Shown here: piece by piece, positions 11,582 to 22,500 of the stretch
Layout of the letters: each line of letters opens with the position of its first letter
Numbering within the stretch: position 1 is the first letter of the stretch
Origin: Lophium mytilinum
Taxonomy: Eukaryota
DNA length: 64,000 nucleotides
NCBI GenBank assembly: GCA_010093605.1
Contig: MU004183.1
Location: 1,426,001 to 1,490,000 of the forward strand
Reading direction: 5' to 3'
The notes under the pieces: generated by a model
The model's database searches: none
What the model was told of the DNA's origin: nothing
What the model saw: the letters and a program-made list of their open reading frames with translations, nothing else
Program-made: the position numbers and the translations under genes

Positions 11582-13338
11582 ATGCCGCCTGGCTAGACGC
11601 CGCGAGGCAGATACTGTAAGCGTCGCGCTAATAAGGTTGCAGTAGATATAGAGGAAGTAGATAAGAAAGAGAAAGAGAAGAATAATCTACTAATATTACC
11701 TAAGCCGGGCGAGGAGATAGATAAGGAGCTTAAGTACTTTATAGAATAGTTTATAGCGGAGTATCTTAATAGAACTAGTAGGCGCCTCTCTATAAACTAG
11801 ATAAATAAAATTAAGGCGAAGGCGTATATAAAGAAGAGGAGGTAGTTATTTACTAAGATAGACCTAACTATATCTAATATTAAGGTAATATTTATATCTA
11901 TAAAGTAGCTTATTAATAACTTTATTATACTTATATTATCTAAGTTATTTATAAATAGTAAGACTATTAGCTAAACTATATAGCTAAATAGCACGCGCGT
12001 TTAGCTTAATAGTAGAGTTATTAAGAAGAAGCTTAAGAAGATAGTAGAGAGAGCTATTTAAGAGGGTAACTATAATACTATTTATAGAGTTATTAAGCGC
12101 ATAGCTAGCGTTAGAATATCTACTAGAAGAGGAGGAACGCGCTATTACAATCTAGAGGACTTCTTAATAATAGAGTTTACCTAGGTGCACGCGCTAATAG
12201 ATATAATATAGAGGGACTATCTGCGCTTAATAATTATAGTTATTTTTAAGTATAAGGTCTTATGCAACGCCTAGGCGCCGCCGGCTAAAAGAAAGAGATC
12301 TAAGCAGCCTAATAGCTTGTCGCCTGCGCCTGCATTAGGTAGAAGGTACTATACTAGTAAGCTATTAAAGCAGTAGTATATCTAACTAGGTTACTATACT
12401 AATAGGGGAGATCTTAAGCTTAAGGTTATAAAGGACTAGATATATATAAGTAGTAATTACTTAAATAAGAATAATAGTTACTTTATTAATAAGGGTAAGT
12501 AGTACTATATTTTTCTTTTAAAGTACTATAAGATATAGGTAAATACTATACTTAGTAATAACGCTATAATTTATGCTCCTCCTGCAAAGCTACTCTAAGA
12601 GCTAATAGAAAACGGGCTAATTAATAAGTAATACTAGAGGCCCGCAAGGACTATATAGGCGCAGTTAGTATAGTAGGTAGTATAGAATACCTAGAATACT
12701 ATAGCCGGCTTTATAGATGTATAGATAAAGATAATATAGATAAAGATAGCTATATTAATATCTAAAATAGACTTTAACTAGCCTTTATAGTAGCTGTAGT
12801 AGGCCCCTTTCCCCTTCTATTACCCTTAGCCGCCGCTATACTAGGGGGCTTCTGCGCCGCTAAACCCCTATGCTATAGCTAGATATACTTCTTTTCTATC
12901 TACTTCTACTCTATAGCCTACTTCTACCCTATAGCCCTCCGCGGCGCCCCTTCCTCGCGCGCTAGTTATTTAACCTAGAAGCTTAAGCTTTATAGCGCCG
13001 GGCGTGGATAACACTAAACTAATAGAGGCCTTCTTCCAGTGGAAAGTAGATAATATAACTAACTAAATAGCGCGAGCAATATAGGTTAAGGCCGCCGGCG
13101 TCTACTTGCAGCAGGCCTGGACCTTAGAGTTCCTCTAGGAGATAGAGGATAGGTTCTTTAAGGCGTATAAGATAGCTATAGATAGAGAAATACTAGATAG
13201 AATAGCTATAAAGTTTATAGATAAGATCTATAGGTTTAAAGACCCCTATAGAACTATATAAGCAGTAAAAAACCTAGTAGATCTAGTAGATATATATATA
13301 AATGCGCATAGAGAAGGCTTTATTCTAGAGAGAGAATA
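11582..13338 (+). pseudogene. RIP-mutated non-transposase (cargo/accessory) ORF inside the transposon
   Basis: Protein-like frames interrupted by TAA/TAG stops, e.g. ~13021 IEAFFQWKVDNITN*IARAI*VKAAGVYLQQAWTLEFL*EIED and ~12420 KD*IYISSNYLNKNNSYFINKGK*YY...NAIIYAPPAKL. Boundaries approximate. Confidence 0.55.
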
Positions 13339-13504
13339 GTAGTATATAGAGTATATATAGAGTATATAATTATATAGCCTTTCTATTTAATATATAGACT
13401 ATATAGCCTTCCTATTTTAGTATTTCTATTTTAAATTAGGGCTATTATAATGTGGGGCTTAAGTATTAGTGCGGGCGAAATGTAAAAATATATCTTAATA
13501 TTAT

Positions 13505-13718
13505 AAGGCTTAAGTATTAGTAGTAAGAATCTAATTGTAATATTTTGCGGCTTAAGTATTAGTAGTAAGAATCTTATTTTAAGGCTTAAGTATTAGCGCA
13601 GAGGAAATTTACCCTGCGCTAATACTTAAGCCTTAAAATATTAAAATTAGATCCTTACTACTAATACTTAAGCCGCAAAATATTAAAATTAGATCCTTAC
13701 TACTAATACTTAAGCCTT
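13505..13718. repeat. Internal palindrome of the transposon built from ggcttaagtattag-containing subunits
   Basis: Three ggcttaagtattag copies at 13507-13596 mirrored by three ctaatacttaagcc copies at 13619-13716 around cgcagaggaaatttaccctgcg. Confidence 0.85.
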
Positions 13719-15139
13719 AGGTTAAATTATATATAGAGTATATATAAAATAGAAAGGCTATATAGAGATAGAATCTATTACTTTATTATATCTTAGTAAA
13801 TATAAGTCTAATTTATATAAATAGATAGCTAAATTACGCGTCTAGACGCGTATATTTATATCCGCGTGCTAGATATATAGAAATATTAATTAGTAGTAAT
13901 AAACTTTTAAAGTTACGGTTATAGTTCCTAAGTATATAGTTAAATAGGCTTAATTCTCTACTTCTTTTTTCTAGTATAACTAGCCCTAGGCTTTAGAGCC
14001 TGTTTAAACGCCACTATATCTTCTGCAGCATTAACCTAAGTATAGCGCTTACTTCTAACCCTATATATACTATATTTACTACCTAGGTTATTATTAGTAT
14101 AGAAATTAATATTATACTAATAATAGCCCCTAGCAGGTATATTCTAGGCGCACTCTAGGTATACACCGCAGGCTAGGCCTGCCTAATTCTAGCTATATTA
14201 GCCGTTAATAAGCTCTATATAGGCGAGCTTAGCGCGGCGGGAGCGCTTTTAGAGGGCCGTGGCAATAGTAGAGGAGCTAAGGGCAGCGGCGAGGTTATTA
14301 GTATACTAAAAGAGAGTTAGCAGGCCTAGAATAATAGTAATAGTAAGGGAAGAGGGCAGGCGGTAAGCGCGGCGCTTTCTATATAAATAGGTTAGCTAGA
14401 TTCTTAAGCTACTATACTAGAAATTATATATAGCGGAGGGGGATTAGTTCTCTCTTCTTTATTCTTATTCTTATTCTTATCTTTATCTTTATCCTTCTCC
14501 TAGTTAGGTATATTGTAGATATCTCTACTAATAGTAAGAGTAGAAAGGGGGTGTACGGGCCTACTATGCACCGTATAAAGCCTCTAAGGGCTAGAATCCT
14601 CTAGGCTCTTACTAGAGGAAGCTTCTAGCTTCTTATCTTTAGCTTAAACGCCTATTATCTCCTCCTTAGTAAGGAGCGGCCTAGCCGCTACTACCTATAT
14701 TACTAGAGGATCCGGGCGAACCCTAAGGGGCCTAAAGGGGTGCGCGGTAAGAGGCGGAGAGAGGGAGGGCTCCGCAAGGACGTTGTTAATTAGGCTATTA
14801 ATAGAGCCCTAATTGCTAGTATTATTAGCTATAGTATTATTAGCTATAGTATTATAGAGGCAGTAATTAATAGTATATAGAGTCTAAAGAAAGAAGAGAG
14901 TTAAGAAAGAGGTAAGAATATATAGAAAAATAAATAATAGCTATTAAGCTTTACTATATAACTTTACCCTGCACTAATATATAAGCTATAGATTATCCGC
15001 CAGCGCTAATACTTAAGCCTTAGCCTAGATAGTATATAAAAAATAGCAATACTAAAATAGTAATACTAAAATAGTAATACTAAAATAGTAATACTATATA
15101 TAGAGTATATATTAAATAGAAAGGCTATATAATTATATA

Positions 15140-16277
15140 CTCCTTAGCCTACTTCTTAGCCTATTTCTTAGCCTACTCCTTAGCCTACTCCTTCTTAACC
15201 TAGATATTAGTATCTTCTCTCTTATATATATCTAGCTTAGTATATACTTACGCTATATACTCTCTTACTATATATATTCTACTAGCCGCATACTAGAACT
15301 AGTAGGCAGTAAACCTATTATAGCAACTCTACTTAATTACTGCCCGTAAGAAAGTACTAAAGTTTAGATAGTAACAGCGCTTATAGTAGTAGTTATAGTA
15401 GATCTAGGCCTTAAGCGTTATAAAGGTTAACTTAATAGAATTAAAGTTAGAAGAGTATAGTAGAAGGTAGTATACTAGGTAGCCCTAGGCCTCTATAGCC
15501 TCTATAACGCAATTATTAGTATATATACCTAGATTATCTATTATAATTACCTTAGATCTACTATTAAATACCTACTGCAGCGCTAGCAGCAGGTAGTTAA
15601 TAACCTAGCTATAGAACTTATTGCTATTAAAGTATCCTTCTTAAACGCCTATGCACGGTAGCTAGCTCTTCTAGCTTATTGCCGCGTATATACTCTACGT
15701 CTTACCTCTTATTATATTACCCTAGTAGCGCGCAGGATTACTAATAGGTGCGTACATATAGTAGCGCCAACTAGTCTTCTTATTAAAGATAGATTTATCT
15801 AGAAAGATAAGATTATTAGCCTTATACTTAGAGAGCTCTACTAGGTAACTAAGCTGTAGCTCTTTACTTACTCTTAGTAACTCGCGCTTTACCGCCTTTC
15901 TACTCTAACTGCGTTGTTTTATTATCTAGGAGATAGTAGACTAAGAAATGTTAGCACCACGCTCCTTATTAAGCTAGACCGCTATCTTATCTTAATTGCG
16001 CTATTCTTCCGCCTTTAACTACTTAAAGAGCGCGTTCTTATCCGCCTATAAGAGCCTATACAGTTATTCTACGCGTAGTTAACGCGGCCTTATTAGAGTC
16101 CTGTATACTATTATATTACTCTTTATATTCTAGATAGTCTAGACGTTAATTCTAACCTTATACGCAATAGTATTAGAATACTAGCCTAGTTAAAGAAGTT
16201 ATACGGTCTGCATACATTAACGGGCGGTAACGCGGTGTTAATTATTGCCAGCGGACCTAGCGCTAGCAGTAACGCAT
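15140..16277 (-). pseudogene. RIP-mutated Tc1/IS630-family (DDE_3) transposase
   Basis: The minus strand at ~15550-15400 translates VIIIDNLGIY...GYLVYYLLLYSSNFNSIKLTFITLKA*I. Reversing C->T/G->A changes gives VIVMDN..H...YLPPYSPDFNPIE...LKAWI, with 34 residues between D and E. An ATG lies just inside the right TIR; boundaries approximate. Confidence 0.8.
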
Positions 16278-16646
16278 AATTCTTAATCTACTATACTAGA
16301 AAAAGTTAGTATATAGCCTTTAGAATAATATAAATAGCCTTACTAATTATTAAGTTAGGCGGCGTTAAGATGCGGTAAAAAAATCAAGTTCTCTAGGTAT
16401 AATCCCAACGTTCCTTATATAAATTAACGTGTGTGTTGCAGGGACGTTTGCCAAGAGACGAACGCTGTTTTGCACCCGACAAATAGCAAATGACCGTTTT
16501 GGGTTGGCCCTTCTCCAAGGCGGTCAGGCGAGTCACGTGGATTGACAATCTTTAACGACGACAGACTGCGGCGAAATTGAACAATTTGATGCGTACAGTC
16601 CTGGGCGTTGCGCCCATCCATCCTCTTGCCCTAGCAGCTCAGTCCG

Positions 16647-17834
16647 TCATGCTATGCTCAGGTTCAGCGATTTTCGAATCGCCGCGTTCGCTTCTGTCAG
16701 CAAGACGCTGCTCGACCCCGAGCTGTTACAGCAAACATTGCCCGAAGCCCATATCTCACACGGCTGTGCACTCATATCTCCTAGTACAGCTTCCTCCATG
16801 TCTGAGCCTAGGCTCGAAGGCGATCTTGCTTTCCGTTCGAGAAGCGTTTGACTTGTGCTCAAGAACCGACCGATAGTCTCCCACTTCGCCGAGAAATCTT
16901 GGTAGAATCTGATTTCCATCTCAACTACTTTCTGGTCCCTACAGCAAGCTAAATAGACCTTTGTTCGATACGCCGATGTAGTGATATGGAGTGCAGCGAC
17001 ATGCATGCCGAATCCGGCAATCGTGGAAATCATGTTCGGCAAATTTACGTCGTAGTGGCGATCGTAAGTCGAAAGATGAAATCGGTCATATCCTGCCCCG
17101 TCGGAATATGTGCTTCTCTCGCAAAAGTGGGTAGGCTCGACGGGGAGAGTGTGCTCAGGAATGCTTTGGATTTCGGGAATGTTTTGGATTTCACCTGGTT
17201 GTTCCTCAATGGCTGGCACAGGTTCGTTTCCATCCCCAGTGTGATACAAAGGCTGCGTTGCTGGTTGCACTTCTAGAGCCGGCTCTTGCGTTTTGCTTTC
17301 AAATGCTTTGATGGAAGTGCTGTACAAAGCCTCGTCAAAGTCGATCGTGAAATGAACGGCTTTCAATATGTTAGCGGCGCCGACTATAGAGTAACCCAGC
17401 GCATCTTACTGTAGTCCATGCCAATAGTTGACGGCCCTTCTTGTCGGATTCGAAAGAAATTGTCTGGAGCAGATAATACTCGACCAAAGGCTCTATTGCT
17501 TCCCCACGGGAAGCCACCTTCGAAGGACAACTGGAGCACCATCTCGTTCACCGCCTCAGGCTCCGCTCCAACATCCAACACATAGTTTACACAACCTTGT
17601 GCACCAGCTACCCCTAGTCGGATGTTAGACATGGCTTCGATAACTTGAAGGGGACTTTCCTCTCGCTTTCATTTCATGACTCTCTCCACATTTGATGGTG
17701 CTGGCGGGGGTAGAATTGGGAACCCAAGAACCTTGACTCAGGTAGTGGCTCTGGTAATTGAGATTAAGTGAAAGTTTGTTTGTGATCACGATACGGCACA
17801 ATTGCTCGTATGGCGATTTAGAGGATGCCATCAT
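16647..17834 (-). CDS. Aegerolysin/Cry34(ET79)-like beta-sandwich N-terminal domain plus an unknown C-terminal domain; 3 exons; intron 1 has a non-canonical GA donor (possible pseudogene)
   Basis: Spliced N-terminus CRIVITNKLSLNLNYQSHYLSQGSWVPNSTPASTIKCGESHEMKAR|GVAGAQGCVNYVLD...LQLSFEGGFPWGSN...GMDY|TVHFTIDF follows the aegerolysin-like pattern (I.N...L......L..G.W....P..I..G ... G..G.V.Y ... P..GSN). Intron 2 (17409-17360) is canonical. Intron 1 (17659-17614) begins GAAAGT. Confidence 0.6.
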
Positions 17835-18589
17835 GCTTTCACGATTAGATCTACGAGTCATCTTTTACGCTCATATATGAGAATTAGGTGGACGAGAGAG
17901 ATACATGAGTACTACTACTTGAGAAAATCGATGCGTATCCGTCATTATGGGTGTGTCTTTCTTGTTCCCAAAAGAGTTGACTAGTCAAAGATCTACGGTC
18001 ATAAGTGTAGTTCTTAGACTAGCCAAGATGCCTGTGGCTAGCTGAGGAGGAGGTGTTGCAAAGATTGATTCGCAAATAGCCTTGCCTCCGTACAATCCTA
18101 TGTAACATCATAGAAGGCAGCTGAAAGATGCGCCTGCATGATGTATCTCGGTACACCGGCTGTTCCTTGTCGGCATTGCCTGCGCTTTCGACGCTTTCGG
18201 AAACGATTTCTTCGATTCGTCTTGGCTTGCATTTACGTGATCAAATACGTTCATGTGTAGGTAGAACAGGCAAAGTCTCATTCATATTCAAGATCTGATT
18301 GCTGGAATTCGTGCTATACCAGGACGCAGTCATACCCCAGATGTTCATTTTAGCACCAAATTTCTCTCCATATGTCCGCTATTGTTCTATCAAAACACTA
18401 TGTTTCTCGTCCTTTCGAAGCGCTCAGAGCTTGGTCCAGATCAAAGTCATCTCATAAACACGAGCTCGTGTTAGACTGAGGGGTGATCGTCGCTGGTCTG
18501 GTGACGAGAGTCCCTGGTTGGTGTGGGGAAGTTACCAGCTGAATATCTGCATCATCAGTGGGGCATACCAAAGCACAAAAACCACGAAT

Positions 18590-19220
18590 CCCGTCTTCTA
18601 ACCGAGCTTAGCCATGTCAAATGCTCCGTATCAACTGAGACGATGTGGAGTACAACGGGAGGCGAAGGCTTTGCAGACGATGGATCAGCAGTTTTTCTAG
18701 CTGCAGGAGTCGAGCTGCAAGCTGGGGGGGGCCAGCTGCAGTCTTCTTAGCGAACTCACTCGTATCAAAGGCTAATTGGCAACGGAGACGATGCGGAGTG
18801 TGATAAGGGGAGGAGGGTTCGCCGACGATGATGGATCAGCAGATTCTCTAGCTGCAGGAGTCGAGCTACAAGCTGGGGGGGGGCCAGCTGCAGTCTTCTT
18901 AGCGAACTCACTCGTATCAAAGCCCAATTGGCAACAGAGACGATGCGGAGTGCGACAGGGAGACGAAGGCTTTGCAGACGATGGATCAGCAGACCCTCTA
19001 GCTGCAGGAGTCGAGATGCAAGCTGGAGCAGACCAGCTGCAGTCCTTTTAGCGAGCCCAGCTGTATCAAAGGTCGATTGGCAAACGTAAACGATGCGGAT
19101 TGCATGAAGGAGGCGAAGGCTTTACAACCGATGGATCAGCAGATGCTCTAGCTGCAGCAGTCGAGACACCAGCCGGAGGGGACCGAGTATAGTCGTCTTA
19201 GCGAGCTCAATAGTGTCGAA
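18590..19220. repeat. Four ~150-bp imperfect tandem repeats in the divergent intergenic region
   Basis: The unit gagacgatg(t/c)ggagt...gaaggctttgcagacgatggatcagcag...ctagctgcaggagtcgag...gctgcagtc..ttagcga recurs at ~18637, 18786, 18937 and 19088. Confidence 0.85.
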
Positions 19221-19501
19221 TCCCAGAAGCTGAGGTCTCGTGGATGTTCCGTGATACGAACTGTGACCCATCTACTCTAAGCCGTAAATATTTGCAAGGG
19301 GAATATGCCAGCCGATAGCCGTGCAAGCGACTTTCATTAGATCAGAGCACACACGATGAATCTTAGCATGTGCAGCCATGTATGACCGATCAGGAGCAGA
19401 TTCAGGTATAAATGAAAGACGTGAAACCCACATCAGAATCGAATATACCGCACTTTTTACCACAGCTTCGTTCCTCATAAGACCAACCAACCAACGACGA
19501 A

Positions 19502-22500
19502 ATGCCTTTCATCAACTCCCGTGTCGATCAATCCCATGACATCTTATCGAGTGCTTCGAATCTTCAAAACAAGGATTTTGAACTTCGTAGTCTCGTGGCA
19601 GGTGTATGGGATCTAGCGTCAGCTGAAGCAGAGGCTCCGGCAGAAGCCGACTGGGTGCAGTCCCTCAATCCGGGCTCAGAGTCGGTGGTTGGTGAGGATG
19701 AGCGCACGCCAGTGAAGCCGGAAGATTACGCCTCTGGAGGGAAGTATCGCTGTAAGTGTACACAAATGATGCCGTGTTTTGCCTGATTTGCGTACTTACA
19801 AGAATCTAGCAATCGTCAAAATCTTTGCGCAATACGAATATTCGAGTGGGTGGGCTATGGGAACTGGTTGGCTAATCCGCCCTGACCTAATGGTGACGGC
19901 TGGCCACATCGTCTTCAATCATTCACCCAAGTTTGGTCGAGCATCTGTTATCAAAGCGTACATCGGGTACACTGGTAAGAAGTCTATCGGAACTCCTGGC
20001 GTTCAGTTCCGCACTGGTGTCAGATGCGTCACCACAGCAGCCTGGCTCGGTCGAAAAGGGGCCAAACCATTCGATGTAGGATTTGTCAAACTTAACAAAC
20101 CCTTCGAAGGCATTGAGCCAATCGAGTTTATGGAAACTCCTACCAGTGGTAATGATGAGCTAGGAGTCGTCGGCTATCCTGGTGATCTCGAACATGATGG
20201 CGAAAGAGGCGCCCTTATGCATGAGATGTTCATCCCAGTGAGTGAGCCGGTTGTCTGAAGATTTAACTTATTGCTAACAACGCTTAGCAAGAGTTCAACC
20301 TCGCCGAGCAGGACTTGAGAATGTTGGAGTATACCATCGATACCTTCGGGGGTACGTGAATACCCTAAGCTTTGCTATTTGGCTTGCTGACCTTCTGTGC
20401 TTTAGGTAACTCCGGATCTCCGGTTTTTCTGAAAAGAGGCTCTTCCACGAAAGCTGTCGGAGTTCACGTTTATGGCGGCACAATCAATTCTGCTTCTGTC
20501 ATCGGCAAATGGGGCAATCCATTCGAAGATTATGTGTCCGTCATGAGTGCTCAGATCCCAGCTGATGGCGGTCTCCATTACTTGCCGGCTTCTCGCTCAA
20601 CGGCCGTTAGTCTCTCCGGCGATCCCAAAGACAGCAAGTCATTATACACTCCGCTTGAACATGGAGGGAAATACTTGTCAGACCAAAAGTCGCAGAGCTT
20701 TGGATCGTTCATCGATGATGTGTGGAGCAACTACACGACAACGGAGAGCAGAAATGAATGGAACAACAACTGGAGCAGTTACGACTACAACAAGAGTCAA
20801 GAATCTCAGGATACAAACAGTCGAACCGATGCTGACAAAGTTGTTCGCTTCCGAGACGGCGGCGAGACTTCCCGGGACCACGCTTCCCAGGACCACGCAT
20901 CCCAGGACCATGCATCCCAAGAGCACGCATCCCAGGACCACACATCAAGCAAGGGAAAAGTCACTAAGACGGTAGAAACACACACCACGACAACGACTAC
21001 TAAGATAGAGATAAATGACGGTGATGGGAGTGTCGAAGACTCAAATGGGGGGCTTGCTCGCGCAGATAGAGGGGGCACCGAACAGAAGTCTGGCGGTTCT
21101 AGTAGCAGGTCAGTGATTTCCTCGAAAGGCTCGACACAAGCGCTGACAGATACTAGCCAAAGCCAACTTGAGGACTCTGGTTCAAGTAGAACTGTGCGAC
21201 AGTCCGGGGAAGATACCGCACGGTCGGGGACGGACTCTGTCAACAAGGGCTTGTCGAGAACGGGTGAACAAGCTACCCATGATGGTTCAAGTAGCGCCTT
21301 GAATCAGACACGTCAGGACTCATCTCAAACCACGAACCGGGGCTCAAACCAGTTTGGCGGAAGTACCCAGAATGAAAACCAATGGTTTGGAGGACACAGC
21401 CAAACCTCGAATGGGTCCGACGGTTCAGGCAAGGCGCACAATACAGACACGACATCATCCCGAAGCCAACAAAATACAAACACGATATCGTCTCGAAGCG
21501 AACAAACCGCAAATCAATCAAGTGCGACAACTACTAGCAAAGGATTCTCGAGTAGCTCCACCAATCAGAACAGTCAGCAGAACAGTTCTTCTGGTAGGAA
21601 GGCCTTGTCCGATCATTGTTTCTCTTCCCAAGCAGGTTCAGCGATTTGCGCTGGCTGTGGAAAGAGTCAAAAAGATTGCTCTTCATCTGGCGCAATATAT
21701 GCTGACTTCAGACAACCTCAATCTACTACAAGTATAGGCATATCGGGGAGCAAGAGTGAGCTGACATCGGCGAGAGGTGGATATTGGTCTTCACAAGCGG
21801 ACACTAGAGGCTACTATCAGTCTCATGATACGACATTAGGTACGCTGGATGGAACGGATCCCAGAGGCTACTATGAGTCTCGGAATACGACGTTAGGTAC
21901 GCGAGATGGTGCGCGTGATCTCTGCATTGCGTGTGGACAGCCCGCCTGCCCATTTTCGCAAGGCATATTCCGGGACTTTCAACGACACTTCCCTGTTTCA
22001 GAGAACAAGGAAAACTTCCCTTACTTTTGGCCTGGATGTCTGCCACCAAATGAATTACACTCCAGGTAAGGCTTTGTCTTTCCAACATCCCTCTAACGCG
22101 ATTCAAGCCTTTTAAGCAAGCTTCCTAGATACAGTAACGCACATGACTGACTTGTACGCTCACAGTGGAACTGAAAGCTTTACATTGTTCGGCCCCAAGG
22201 GTCAACAATCGATCTATACCGAGCAGATGGCGGTATGGCAACTAGGCACCGCCCCTTGGCACCCTCCTTCCACAAAGGATGTGAAACTAGGACAACTTGG
22301 GTGTTTCAACGATGATGGGACTTGGCAAGTCATTGCCCAGATAACAGATCCAAAGGAAATCGCAAAGGCGAACCAAAGAGCCTACAACCGCCAGAAGCTT
22401 CTCAAACCCTTTTCCACTGGCGTTCCTGCCATCCGCTCAGCCAGCAACACCGAATGGAGCGCAAGAATCACTGCAAATGTCACGAGTACTGACCTTTCAA

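Larger units (their letters stand above)
10666..16484. mobile_element. ~5.8-kb RIP-degenerated Tc1/mariner (IS630-Tc1, DD34E) DNA transposon with ~190-bp TIRs and additional relic ORFs
   Basis: 10666-~10857 is the near-perfect reverse complement of ~16293-16484 (atttgtcgggtgcaaaacagcgttcgtctcttggc...). The interior is AT/TpA-rich with no open ORFs, typical of RIP. The right end is followed by TA; the equivalent left position reads GA, so the TSD is imperfect. Confidence 0.9.

Noticed and set aside
18590..19220. CRISPR-like array
   Set aside because: Eukaryotic context; units are contiguous ~150-bp tandem copies with no unique spacers and no cas genes.
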